This document shows positions 36,701 to 50,463 of a stretch of DNA of 64,000 bases, piece after piece. The notes beneath the pieces are model-generated. The model did not search any database and was not told where the DNA came from. It was given only the letters and a program-made list of their open reading frames with translations. The stretch's first letter is position 1, and every line of letters starts with the position of its first letter. The stretch comes from Utricularia gibba (taxonomy: Eukaryota; Plantae; Magnoliophyta). Where the stretch lies: NCBI GenBank assembly GCA_002189035.1, contig NEEC01000016.1, positions 2,480,001-2,544,000 of the forward strand, given 5' to 3'. A program made the position numbers and the translations under genes.

Positions 36701-38665
36701 TTTCTCAAGTCTATTGAGACAACTATCACAAAGGAACAAAAGAATGTCATGCTTGTTTCTTCAAGGAAAAAGGTTTCCAAGAAGAAGAGTCAAGACAAGA
36801 AACTCAAAGCTAAAAGTGAGATCAAAAAGAAGAAGCCTATTGAAAAACGGGCTAAGGGTGAATGCTTTCATTGCGGGAAATCTGGTCATTGAAAGAGAAA
36901 CTGCAAAGCCTATTTAGAGTCAATCAAGGGCAAGAAGCAGAATGAGAATTCAGCTTCAGGTATACACATGATTGAGATTAACACTACTATCAAGAATGGT
37001 TCTTGGGTGTTAGATTCTGGTTGTGGTGCTCACATTTGCACTAACATGCAGGACCTAATGAGTAGTAGAATCTTGAAGAAAGGCGATATTCACCTAAGAG
37101 TTGGGAATGGTGCACGAGTTGCTGCCATGGTAGTTGGGACTTGCCACATCGCCCTACCTTCTAGATTATCTCTTAAATTAGATTCTGTTTATTGTGTTCC
37201 CTCATTGTCTAAGAACATCGTCTCTATTTCTTGTTTGGACAAGATTGGTTTCGAGTTTTCTATAAAGAACAATTAATGTTCCATACGACGAGGGAATGTG
37301 CAGTATGGTACTGCTACGATAGTAAACGGAATATATGTTTTGGATCAGCATGATTCGGAATAGATTAACATGTGCATAAAAAGGCCAAGGATTGACAATG
37401 TCTTGAATTCTTACCTCTGGCATTGTCGTTTAGGCCATATAAACAAGAAGCATGTTGAGTACTTATATCGATTGGGATATTTGGACTCAGAAGATTTTGA
37501 ATCTTATGAAACATGCGAATCTTGTTTATTGGGCAAAATGACAAAGCAACCTTTTCTAGGAAAAGGAGCAAGAGCTGAAAACTTATTGGATGTAATACAT
37601 TCTGATGTATGTGGTCCAATGAGCATCACTGCTAGAGGGGGTTTCTCGTATTTCATCACTTTTATAGATGACCATTCAAGATATGGATGCATCTACTTGA
37701 TGAAACGAAAATCTGAAGCCTTTGAAGAGTTCAAAGAATTTCGGATGGAGGTCGAGAACCAGCTTGAGCGTTCCATCAAGAAACTTCGATGAGATCGTGG
37801 TGGGGAATACTTGAGTAATGAATTCAAGAATCATCTGAAGGACAATGGTATTGTCTCAGAAAGAACTCCTCCTGATACACCTGAGCACAATAGTGTTTCT
37901 AGGAGGATAAATCGAACTTTGCTTGACATGGTTCGATCAATGATGAGTTTTGCAGAACTACCAAGGTGCATGTGGGGATATGCTTTAGAGGCAGCGGCTC
38001 ATGTTTTGAACAAAGCCCCATCGAAATCGGTTGAAACCACTCTTTATGAGATTTGGACTGGCAGAAAACCGAGTTTTTCCTATCTCAAAGCTTGGGGATG
38101 CCCTGCTTAGGTAAGAAGGTTGAAGTCAGATAAGTTGGAGAACAAATTTGACAAGTGTTTCATTCTTGGATATCCACAAGAAACCAAGGGATACTACTCC
38201 TATAATCCTCAAGAGGGAAAGGTTTTCATCTCGAGGAATGCTGTCTTTTTAGAGAAAGAGTTTCTCCTCAAAGAAGCAAGTGGGAGTCGTTTTGAACTTG
38301 AGGAGATGTTTGAGAACGAGCCAGTGACACCTATAGAGATGCCAGTGGGTGACTCAAAAGGTAATCTAGGCTCACCATCTCGAAATTGTGTCCCAGAAGC
38401 TGGTAATGTACCAGTGAGCAATCAACCTGAGCAATCTAACTTGCCAAATGTACCAAGCACGTTTTCTGTCAGAAGATCAGTTCGACAACATAACCCTATT
38501 GTGAGATATGGTTTCATTGTTGATGCCGAAGGCATGGGAGACCTCATATTAGATGAGGAACCTCGGACTTATGACGAAGCAATCAATAGTGCTAAGTCAA
38601 GTAAATGGCTTGTTGCCATGGGGGCAGAAATGGATTCCATGTATGAGAACAATGTATGGAAGAGT
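33795..38665 (+). mobile_element. Angela-type Ty1/copia, 3'-truncated: 5' LTR 33795-35241, PBS-Met 35242-35253, gag-pol 36120-38665
   Basis: LTR TGTTAG...CCCAACA; PBS GTGGCATCGGAG; gag NLRSILESNKLVGSNFTDWHRNLRIVL; CFHCGKSGH*KRNC knuckle; protease WVLDSG; LWHCRLGHI; integrase HSDVCG/DDHSR/DRGGEY; RT start KWLVAM..EMDSMYENNVW, then a break. Several stops and a frameshift. Confidence 0.95.
35279..35520. repeat. ~58-bp tandem repeat in the copia leader (about 4 copies)
   Basis: TTAGAATCTTTGCTGATTTTACGAGATGTTCTCGTATGTTGCC... at 35279 and 35337, then decaying copies. Confidence 0.85.
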
Positions 38666-38833
38666 AATGGTTAGGCTCCCATTAGTAATGAGCGAAAATG
38701 TGAGCTTAAGATCAAGATAACTTTGTTGACCTCAAGTCTAAGCTTACTTGCACGGCTGTCATATTCGAGATCTTGCTACTAAAACTTGGTTAGCTTCCCA
38801 TAGTAGCATCTCGAAGATGAGTCATCCAATGAA
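38666..38833 (-). repeat. Inverted Angela LTR fragment
   Basis: Reverse complement of ~34120-34290; collinear with 20702-20870. Confidence 0.9.
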
Positions 38834-38835
38834 GG

Positions 38836-39669
38836 CAGATCATCTCCATTGGAGACTCACAATAACTTTCTGTAGAAGGTTTTCTAGGGGGGGGGGGGGG
38901 AGAAGGAGGAAGACGAACAGGAACGAAGCTGATGCTTGAAAACTATTTTTTATTTCCAAAAATTATTACTCTTAGCTAAGAATAGCTAACGACATTCCCG
39001 CTTTCTATTGAACTTTTAAGTTTCCTTCTTGTTCATTTTCTAGTTGTCGACTGAGGGATGAGTACATTGTCGATGATGTTTTCTTTTCTATTTTCATTTA
39101 TCTTAAGCATGAGTGGCTAAGTACTTAGGGGGTGACTTGGGGTGAAAGGGGGAGAAACGTGCTAATCAATCTTTAGACCTAATTAGCCATAAGTTTCGCC
39201 ACTTCCTTAACAAACCAGGATAGATCCAGGAGGGGGAAGTAGTGAAACCCAGCTTAACAACCCTAATTATAGGTAGACCAAAGATTATGGGGAAAACAAG
39301 AGTCTGGGTAGACCTAGACCTTGTAAGTTAATTGTATGATTTATGGTTTGTGTGAGCTTGTTTAGTGATAAGTAAATATCCCCTAAGAATCCCAAGGCAT
39401 CACCAATTTCATATTAGAAACCACTGAGTCCAAAGCTTGTTACTTTTCTTTACTGCATTCCATCCTTAGTCCTAGTTAAGACCAATTCGACGAACGTGAC
39501 ACTGATTTCGTGCATTGACCTTCACATGGCAAGCACCTAGCTCCTTATGTTCGACTGTAGTCCACTATGCTCATATTTTTCATATGATTTGATGTGAATT
39601 AGGTTTACAAATTTTATTTGATAGCAGAAATTACAAATTAATGACTTTGCACAAATAATTTTTTTATCA
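38836..39669 (+). mobile_element. 5'-truncated Athila-type LTR (family A)
   Basis: Reverse complement of 1564-2400; ends TTTATCA. Confidence 0.85.
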
Positions 39670-41329
39670 AGAATATAATGAAAAAAGAAGAAAACTCGAA
39701 AAATAATTGACTTCTCACCTGAAGGAAGCCTCTAGATTGGTGCTACTATTCTGAGATGAATAGTAGATGATGGAAAGAAACTTGACTTTTTTTTAGCTCT
39801 GTGTTTATCAGATACTTGTTTAGGGTTATGACTATGACATTGTTCTTAGTTTTCATTATAAAGTGCACATTATGCTTATTTTTATGATTGGCTAAGTTTA
39901 GAAGATGTCTTAGGGTATGCGAAGGTGGATTGGGTCAAGGTTTACACTTTAATCTCAATTTCTACACATTTCCTACTTGTATTATCATGTCTTAGGTAGA
40001 CCTAAAGGGAAGACTATGCAATAGCACAACTTAGAAACTCAATTCAAAGGTAGATCAAAGAGTTGAAGCAAGCATACTAGACACTATTCTCGGGTATAAT
40101 CAAGTAGACTTAGTTCTAGTTATTTCATAGGTGAGTTGACCTATGAGTAAAATGAATTGGGAAACTAGAAGGTATGGTAGGCAAACTAAGGCAAATGACC
40201 CAAATAAATTTAGATTATTTGAACTTGTGTAAGTGTGAAGATGAGATGTAAAATTTGGAGCTTGTTTACCACTACTTGAATACTCTAAGACATCACATTT
40301 CTCTTTGTACAAAAATCCAAGGTTATTTACTTTCTACATTATTATTTGATCTGAATTACCAGTTTTCTATGTCAATATAGGTTTCACCTAAGACTAAAAG
40401 TAAAGTTATTCTGCGATCTTTTATTTAATAAAGTATATAGCAAGCATTTACTTCTTGTGATCGACCTTGAAACCTACTGTACGATTTTATGCTAAACTTG
40501 TATTTTATGAAGATTTGGAACTATAAATTATTTGATACGAAAGTTGATTTTTTTGGAAGCGATAGTAAAATTTTCATTTATCAATAATGGATACACAATA
40601 TTTAGAAATCAAGCATTTGATCTCTATTGTTTTACTGTTTGATAAAATTGATCTCCATGTACTAAACCATCGGGGGTCATTGATCACGGGATAAACTGGG
40701 AGGACCAAGGAGGATGTGCCTCACTTGATTCTTGTGCATCACCAACAAGGCACGACATTAGGTGGGACATGATAGGCATTTGGTGGCGACAAATGATAAA
40801 TGATCGGAAGAGGAGAAACTTGAGATAAAAAGATTAGGATTTAGTAATGAGAAACAGCTTTCCTATAATAGAAAAGAGTGAAATTGATTTTACCTAATTT
40901 CAAAATATTGAAAGTCAATTGTATATGATTTTCAGGTAGTTGGGATGAATAACTATACTTTCCATTTGACAACAATGAGGACTATGTAGACAATTTTCCC
41001 ATCCTTGAATTGATAGCTTGATAGGCTTTGTGTTAGCTTTATCATCCATATTTGTGAAGGGAAAAGACTTTTTATTAATGGTGGTAAATAAATTCTCAGA
41101 AATAACACAATTCATTCTTTCTTACAAAGTAATATTGCCTTCCATGCAGTTGATTTGTTATTTAGGGAGATTATGAGGCTTACGAATGCCACTTACCATT
41201 GCAAGTGAACGAAAAGTCAAGTTTTTGACAACACATATTTTTGTTGATGTTTTCGTTCATGTAATCAAGCTGATTTGTTATAAAATTAGAATTTTGTGGT
41301 ATAAGTTTCAATGTTTTGTAATTCTATTA

Positions 41330-41498
41330 GAGTGTGTTTGGTACATGTATAAATAATACTAGGGATAAGAGGAGGTATATAAAAAGTGGATATATGACAG
41401 TATAATTTTATCCCAACCTCTCCCCTTGCATTATTTTATCCCATAGTCATAGGACAAATTATACTTAGTATAATTTATCCCACCTACCAAACATCTTG
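41330..41498. mobile_element. Tourist-like MITE
   Basis: GTGTTTGGTA...TACCAAACAT inverted termini; TTA on the left flank. Confidence 0.5.
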
Positions 41499-43439
41499 TT
41501 TTTCCCTTTTAATCAACTTTTCCCTGTTAATTATATTCAATATAATTAAACTTAGTATAATTTAATCAAACCTTCCCTTTTAATGATAGTTGTCTTTTAA
41601 GTTTGGCTGCACATTTCATTCCCACCAGCCTTCACCAACATTACTACGAATCCAAGTGGAGGAAATGATCCAAGGACAAAATAAACATAGGGAACAAGCG
41701 TAGAACTTTTCATATGCAGGTTTCAAAATGGTAGCTTTACAAGCACACACATGTCATGGGAGACACCTCAAGAAAAGTAAACTATGATTGCACTCCAGCT
41801 TGTACAAGAAAAAAAGGAAGGGAAGAAGATAGCAAAAATCATTAATCTCAAGGAGAGGAGAAAAGGGAATCAAAAAAAATCAAAGAGCACATTCCTGATC
41901 AAAAGAAAAGAAGCATGACAAAAAGAGTTAAAAGAAGTTGATGGAAACATATCAACCCAATTGAAAAACTCAATCCCATTCAAGAAACATTACTTCTAAC
42001 AAGGAGCAGTATTGTGAGATCCAAATACACAATGTGATATTTTTTTCTTAGGATTTACTTACTTTCTGTTTGATTTTTGTTTTTTGAACTGCAACCATGA
42101 AAATACTCTCATTCTCATTCCGCCCAATCTTTTGTTTTCATATCAAGCATGAGATGCTAAATAAGGATGATGCCTCAAAGGGAAAAGAGGGGTGTGATCA
42201 TTTATTTCGAGTCCCAACTGACTAAGTTGGTGTATTCTTTTTTTAGAAAACTTGAAAAGATCTAAGAGGGGAAAAATTTAATACATCTAACTAAAGAAAC
42301 CTAACTTGGAGATAGGTCAAGGAGTCAGGTGATATTTAATATATTAGGTTTTTTTTTGGGTAAGGATCAATACAACTATAGAGAATTAGTCCTATATACT
42401 TTGCAAATTAGTAGATCTAAATATAGGAATATCTAGGACACTTAGGTACACTTGAGCCTTCTTTTGTTAGTTTCTCAGGAAAGTTAAGACAAGAATTTGA
42501 GTGAGCATATGACCCCTAATACTTTGAGATATCACATTTGAGTTGTTTGAATTAGTTTTTAAGCTATTTTATCTCTTTACTATAACCTTTACCAGTGTGG
42601 TTTACCTTGTTGGTGTTAGCTATGACTTAAAATTGATCATGAAATCAGAATGTATGAACTATTACCCACAAGAACTAGGTTTCATGATATCAACCCCGAA
42701 GCAGTTTATATTATTTTTGAATTTGTAGACTCATGTGCATTATGCATTATAAATTTTATTTGATTAAAAAATTCCATTATTTCGCAATGACTCATTTTTT
42801 ATTTTCATGGAGTGGTTTTTAATTGTTGTGTGATTTTTGTTGATGCAGCCAAAAGAAATGATGATTGAGAAAGAGGTTAAATTGAAGAGGTAACCATACA
42901 CGAAACAAAAAAGGATAGCACCAATGGAGAAAATACTGAAAAAATCAAAGGAGGTAGAAGTAGAAATGGTGAAGGAATTGGAGAATCCCTAAAATTTTTA
43001 GGAGGAAAATAAATACAAAGACTTGGACATTTGAGGGGATGTGGATGAGGAAGAGGGTGACAACACCTCTAAGTGTTTGGAGAGAGTAATAACGTATTAT
43101 ATGAAGAGGACATATTACGACAAATCGAAAATGCAGAAAATTGAAGTTGAAGAAGTCGAGAACTCATAAGATGAGATAGATATTGAGAAGGATGTAATGA
43201 AGAACAAAGAGAAATTTCAAAATATTTTTGAGTTCTAGAAGATGCATATGACCATGAAAAGAGAAGTTTCATCAGAGAGTGATTAACAAGGGCATTCCTT
43301 ATTTCAAGCATCACACTCGCATGCTAAACCTCACGTATTTGAGCTTCAAAGATGAAGCGCATGATTTTGATTATCCTTGGTCTGAGACAAATGCAGCAAC
43401 TTTGCTAGACAGTATATGCAAACCCCGTGATAAGAATAA

Positions 43440-44732
43440 TCTAGTCAATCATATTCCTGCATCGTTCTCTCTGATGAGCTACTAGGTCATCCAGCAAGGG
43501 AGGAGGTGGAGGTATCCATTGAGTTATTACCATACACCCAACCAATATCTAAGGTTCTATACCTATAATGATCTGCAATCTCTGAATCCATTTACTCATC
43601 TAAAGGGTCAGGAAGATGTCATCTACAACTAAGCTAGTCGTTTCTCTAAATGTTCATACTTTATGTATAGTATCCACAAAGGCTAGGGATAACACCAGTA
43701 TGGGGCTTATTAAAAGCAATCAATAGTAGTGTTGCAAGTGCTAACCAGGAGAGAAGGCTTCATGGTTACCTTAGTATAGGAGGAGTGCTGACTTATGCAA
43801 TTTCTTAAGTACTGGTGGTAGAGTAGTTTGGGAAACCTTGAGAATGAAAGTTGTTTAGGAAGGAGAGTAGAGGATACAAGAAGAGAGTAAAGGGAGGTTC
43901 TTGATTTTAGCTGTAAGAAAGGGGTTACTTATGTAAAGAATAACGTAATTGAAAATGTATGCTATAATTTGCTTTAAGAAGCATCTTTTCATGCTTCTGA
44001 AACATATGTGAATACTTGCCTATATGTTTTTCTATTATTTTGGAAGAGGTTTTTCTCTGTTTGATAAACCTATCTTTCTTCTTTGTTCTTCATTGTTCTA
44101 AAAAGTCCAACACGGCAGGTTACATTGAAATCATCCGTTATTTTTGTTGTTTTGTTCGAAAATCCATTTAGAGTCTCTAAAATCCTTTTGAATTAGCATT
44201 AATAGTTTTACTTAAGGATTAGTGCCCTTTTTGGTTGTTTTCCAAACAAGTTTTACTCTTTATACATGATTCTTTCAGAAGAAGTGTAGGAAATGTTCAA
44301 GTTCCTTGTTTGTGTGCTATGTAATTATATCTTAGAAAATGGTGAGGGGTGTGGATCCACACTCCTTACTTCACTAATGTTTATTTTTTTACCAAATTAC
44401 GGTAGTATGACCATTTCATGTTTTACACTTGTTCCAAGTGTAGAGGGGAATAGCTGAAGGTTTGGTGATCAACCAAACTAAGAGTATGGCAATCCAAGCT
44501 TTGAGAGGCCTCTTAATAGGTGCAGGGTCTTTAGTTTCTCAAGATATGTATCATATGTAGGCTGGTTGTAATATGTATGCATGTTAAGGTAGCATATGGC
44601 AGTGTGTATGTAAGCTTACCTTATGTGGTTTCTCCAAGTTAAATAAGAGTTAGGTTACCTTTAGTGCTAATGTTATTAGGGACTTGCTAGTCATGTCTCA
44701 TGCCTCTTGGGACATTAGCAATGGTCATGACA
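43440..44732 (+). mobile_element. Highly decayed Tekay-like gypsy remnant (RT start) and LTR fragment
   Basis: FSDELLGHPAREEVEVSIELLPYTQPISKVLY resembles FPDELPGLPPxREVEFxIDLxPGTxPISKAPY; LTR-like end GGTCATGACA at 44732. Confidence 0.45.
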
Positions 44733-46265
44733 AAAATTATATTGATGTTGCAAGTTTAAATATTTTCTCCATTAAAAATAATTTATAAAATGAACAAACA
44801 AAACACATTTCATTTGGAAAGAAATTAATGTAGCACAAGTCCAGGTCAATCCATTGGGAACAAAAAAATTTTAGTTGTTGGATCTATGTGTAAGTAGGAT
44901 TAAATATGGGGCTTTGTTTGGAAGTGGGTTTTGACTCTTAAGTGAAATTGATTAAATACTTCTAATGATTTATAAATCGAAAGTAAAAAAAAAAAAAAAC
45001 AAATAAATCGGCATTTTGAGCAATAAACAATGGTAATTGCACTTAATCCAAAATTAAACTGCACCTCAACATATAGAAGTTCATCTTCAGGTTGCTCAAA
45101 TGATGAAAGCATTCAAACACATTGAACAATAAAAACATGAAACAAAAATAGTGTGCAAGTTCGGGAAGTATAATGCAGAAAATATATTCACGAGAAAAGT
45201 ATAATATTTGTTCGATTCTCCAGTTTTGATGTTTTCAAAGGCCTCCCTTTTTTTTGTTCTGGTCTCAGCTTTACTTCTACATTTTAGTCCTAATTCACAT
45301 TGGAGCACCTCTTCCTTCATTTTTTCTTCCACTGCAATTGCAAAGAATGCTTTCTAAAGAGAAAATCTCTCTCAAACAGAAGATTCCTCCCTAAAACAGA
45401 AGATATCATCGGTGAAAAAAGTCTCTCAAGGTAGGAGATCTTTTCCTCGATTTATTCACATGAGTCTCATGTGCCTCCTACACTTAGTTACGTCTGTGGC
45501 AAGCTTCTTGCCTTCTTTTCTACTGGCTTTCTGTATCCTTCCTCCACACTCAGACTTATAATTTCCATTTTGCCACTGTACTCATTATAACTTTTCAGAT
45601 TAGTTAGATTATAACTAAGGCCTAAGTTCATGAAGGTGTGAATTTGGGTCTTGATAGTTTGCGTTAACCTTTTTGTATGAAATGCCCAAGTCCATGATTA
45701 ACCTTGTCTTATTTGCATTATGAAATAGCAGATTCAAGTGTGACGTGATCTAGGGAACTTAAGAAAATCAAAAAACCAAAAAATCATAAAGATTGATCCG
45801 GACACACCTAGGTTGTCTCAAGTTACTTATCATTTTTTGAGTTTTAAAATCAAAGGTCAAGTGAACATACTCTCTTGAAATTCCTGAAACATATATGCTT
45901 TCATTTTGTCAAAATTAGTGTTTATTGCATTATTTTCTCTAATTTTATATTTTTCTGTTGACCACTTGTTAGTTTGAGCTAATACTTAAAATCGATTGCG
46001 GCAACCGAAAATGCATGAATAATGACACATAAGCACCAACTTCTTGAGCTTGACCTCTAAATCACTATGCATGTTGTATTTGATTTGTATGTCCTAGGGA
46101 ATTAAGTTTTATAAAATTATTTATTCGTAAAGTCCATTATTTTACCATGACTTGAACTTTGTGTCTATCTGCCTACTGCTTCTTTATTTGATTACATTGA
46201 TGAATTTTATGTTGAAGATGTAAATGGTGTGTTGACAAAAAAAAATATGTGATAGAATTCAATGT

Positions 46266-46500
46266 TAGGGTGTCACAACTAGGGATATCATAACGAATGA
46301 ACAGCTCGTTTTTGAATTGTGTTCAACTCGATTAAGATCATTTATTTTTGTTTGAATTGTATAAACAAACGAACACAAACAAAATCTATGTTCGATTACT
46401 TTATTGAATGAACACAAACAAAATCTATGTTCGATGATGTTCAATTTGTTCGAACACAAACAAGATCAATATTCGATGATGTTCAATTTGTTCGATTATA
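46266..46500. mobile_element. Degenerate hAT-like terminus with GAACACAAAC/GTTCGA subterminal tandem repeats
   Basis: TAGGGTGTCA and TAGGGATATCA starts; repeated GAACACAAACAAAATCTATGTTCGA; no partner end found. Confidence 0.4.
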
Positions 46501-47169
46501 ATACCATTTTTTCATTCTTAATCTCTTTATTTTTTTGTTGCATGAATGGTCACTTTTGTTCATCTAAAATATCATTCATCTTCTAATGAGTGTTTTCCGA
46601 TAGAGGTCATCGTGGTTAACTATAACTACTATTTGAGATCAATTTTCGTCTCCTTTTCTTAATGGGATTTTACCCTCTTTTTTCACTTGTTTTTGCATCC
46701 ATAAGAAATTGAAAATAGTACAGGGATGATGAAGTCTGGAAAATTTCATACAATATATCCATACATTTAAAATCTATCCAAAATAACATACAAATGATTA
46801 ACTCCGGTTGGTAAACTTAAAAATTTAACAAACATCAAGTGAGCACATTGCAAGCTACCCATAGCATCACTTGGAGGGGGTTGAATTGATCATCTAATGT
46901 GATATGTTCATTTTGATGATTTTGATTGAACTTTTTGAAAGATCTTTGGGGCTTAATTCTATATGCAAACATCTTGTGATGCAATATGTACATTTTTTGT
47001 TTCTATACATCTTTGTGGTTTGTTAAGTGTCATTTTCTAAGTATTTATTATATATTATTACGTATTAATTAGGCTTGGAGTGTTGCAGTCACATTTCGTA
47101 CTTTTCATGCAACTTTGGTAAATTGTGGGCGGAAGACTGACACTAGTCAGGACCCCTGACTTACGGCAT

Positions 47170-48162
47170 GTCAGAGTCTACAACAATGATTGGGCACTTA
47201 TTTGCACGCATAGGAAAGCTGGTGGCATGCAAGACAGAAAAAATGATGGAAGGGGAGCAGAAGAAGTTAATGCATCCGGGGAGTAAATTAAAACGAACTT
47301 GAAACACTTTCTTTCAAACTTTTCACACTTAGAACTTTTGGTTCTTCCTCTCCACCAAGGGAGAAAGAACACTTTAGCTTTCCATTTCCTTTTCTATTTT
47401 CATGGCCATTCGTGACTTAACATTTTCAGTTTCTAGGAATAGATGAAGTTTACTTCCAAATCTTGAGCATCAATCTCAATTCTTTACTGAAATTCTTCCG
47501 AATTTCGCATATTTCACATCTTGTTGTAGTCTTTCTATAATGTCTTTCAGACACAATCCATGAGTAGAAGGTTACGCCTCAAGGCTTTTGATAAAAAGAA
47601 AAGTGAAGAGCACCATCTACAACCCTACCAGTTCGAGGGAAGTAGTGAATTGTTTGTGACCGATGTGCCACGACAATGGATAGGTAGTGACCTCGTACCT
47701 GCCATTGGTCATTGGCAATAGTTGGGCACACGTGCGAAATTTGGTTTTTTTAAGGCAATCGACGGCAATACTCTTGTCTTCTCAATTGTCCAAGAGGGAA
47801 CAACATGAGGCTATTTCCATGCTTCCTTATCAATCAGAGTGTAAGGAAGAGTAGACTATTCATTGCTCCTATAACCAGCTATTCGGAAGGAATCAATGAA
47901 AGTCGAGGCAAGGATAGACAAACGGAGGAAACGGAGTCCATTTCCCAGGAACTGTGTCCCTTAGTCAAGGTCCATTATTTTTGTTGTATCTTTCATTTCT
48001 ATATTTCAAAAATCCCCTTTTACAAACCCGTGACAATTTGTAAAAATTTCTATAAAACACTTTTCGCAAAATTCAACTTCCTAAGATCGACACTCGTACT
48101 ATGCTTTATTGTATTTTACATATTTTCTAAATTAAAATTTGTTGAGGAAACGACATGCAACA
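47170..48162. repeat. Gypsy-type LTR fragments (families E/F)
   Basis: Similar to 21380-21620, 18240-18390 and 25310-25670. Confidence 0.6.
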
Positions 48163-48783
48163 TGGTTTAATTCTAAGAAACATGAGTTATTTGTGATATC
48201 ATGCCTAGAAGGTGAGCGCTCAAAATTGTATTGCATCCCCCACATGAGCCATAAAATGATCATTTTCAGTTTAGTCTACAATCCATCATTACTACTCTTA
48301 AAATGCCACCACCACATGGCTAGCCATGTTATATTTGATACTTATAGACAACTTGATCTAAACTCACCTATGCACAATTCCTCAATATTCTATATTTGCT
48401 ACTACATCTAGTAGCAATGACATTCCAAATTTCTTCTTCTATAGAAGATTGTTCCAACCTATTGATTGATTAAAATGGGGACTCGGTGGGATCAGACCCC
48501 CCATTTTGTGATAATTGCATAATAAGCTCCCATAGTTATGTTTTGCATACACACTGTTAAAAAAACCCATACAAGAATAGTGCCCTCTATTTGAAACCCA
48601 AAGACAATTATTCCTCATAATTTGCAAATGTGGCATTTTCGTCCCCCAAAAATTAGTCCCATTATTTATTCAAATAGTTACACATAAACAAGCCTTATAA
48701 TTTCACTAATTTGTCACAAACATTCCCTATTGGTACTATTGCAGCAAAATCAGTGCCCAAAAGAAACTATATACAGATCATGC

Positions 48784-50345
48784 TATTAGGTTTCCCATAG
48801 ACATCGTATGAATTCTATGTAGCGGAATTTAAAATTTTTCGAGAAACCCAAATCACAGATCTTGGAATATAGTATACAGCAGATAAAGCGATTCTAAAAA
48901 TACCTATCAATACACTCCATTGTTTACCAACCGCCAATAGTAGATGGCTTCTATACTATCCACATACGAAGCACTTCGTCGATAACCTTCTCAAGGTGCT
49001 TGTAGAGAAAGTTGCCCCTTGCAGATAAATCTCATAAAGAATGAAGAGATGGAAATCTCTATGGATAAAATCTTTTTGATTATCTAATATAGATATTTTG
49101 TAACATATCTAATCAAATCTCCATAAAGATCTTATCTTATGTAGATACATATATGTTCCAAATCTTATCTATATCAGATATTTTATTTTGAGTTTAATCA
49201 ATATTAATCTCAAAATAACTCTCTATTTAATTTATCCACTTTATCAATTACATCTCATGTAATTGTATCATTCTATTTTACATCAATGATTGACTTTACT
49301 ATTGTGTGTGACTCTATAAGCTTCTTTATTCAAGACAGTAATAATGGATTTATTAATTAATTCTTAATTAAGTTACATGGAAGGTGATACAAGTATGATG
49401 AAAGTCATTCATTGCATAGTGGCTTTTCATGGAAGGGCTCAATCAGTTCACCTTATTATTCTTTAATCTTAGGGATCATGATATGTTGCTATACATCACT
49501 CAAGATCGATAATGATGAATTTGATTAATTAAGAGTTAATTAATAAATCCATTATTACGACCTTGATTGAAGAAGCCTGTAGGGTCACACACAATAGTGG
49601 AGTCGCTCGTTGATATAAAATAGAATGACACAATTACATGAGATGTAATTGGTAAGGTGGATAAATTAAATAGAGAGTTATTTTGAGATTAATATTGATT
49701 AAACTCAAAATAAAAGATCTCATATAGATATGATTTGATATGTCACAAAATATCTATCAAAAGATTTAGATCCTGAGATATGCTTCAAGGTCTTCGTGCT
49801 CTCTGAGATTGATCCATGAGGGGACGTTTTTCTCTACTAGCACCTGAGGAATTCGACCAGCATTCAAAAACCTTGAGAAGGTTATCGACGGAGTGCTCCA
49901 CGTGTGGATACCATAGAGGCCGTCTACTATTGGCGGTTGGTGAACAACGGAGTCCTCTAAAAGGTAATTTCAGCATCCCTTTGTCTGATGTATACCGTAT
50001 TCCAAGATCTGTGTTAGGGGTTTCTCAAAATTTTTAAAATTTCGATGCTTTTATGACATACAATGTCTACGAGAAACCCAACAGATGTGTGACTCCACTA
50101 TTGTGTGTGACCCTATAGGCTTCTTCAATCAAAACCGTAATAATGGATTTATTAATTAACTCTTAATTAATTAAATCTATCATTATCGATCTTGAGTAAT
50201 GTCTAGCAACATATCATGATCCTCAAGATGGAAGAATAATCAGATGAACCGATTGAGCTTTTCCAGGACCAGCCACCATGCAATGAACAACTTTCATCAT
50301 ACTTATATCTCATTTGATACCAGAACATTGGTGTGTCTCTTTCTT
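48784..50345. repeat. Cluster of three Angela LTR fragments in alternating orientation
   Basis: 48784-49372 (minus type), ~49380-50083 (plus type, ends CCCAACA), ~50088-50345 (minus type). Confidence 0.85.
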
Positions 50346-50463
50346 AATTATTTCAACTGCTATTATTTTATGTCTTACGCGCATAGAAGATCCATTAACT
50401 ATTTGCCTCATGCTAATCTTAGTTAGAACTTGAATACAAGTCTATTGTCATTGTAGCATAATG

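Noticed and set aside
42850-43280. Acidic, purine-rich coding-like stretch
   Set aside because: Many stops and no recognisable motif; probably decayed retroelement sequence.
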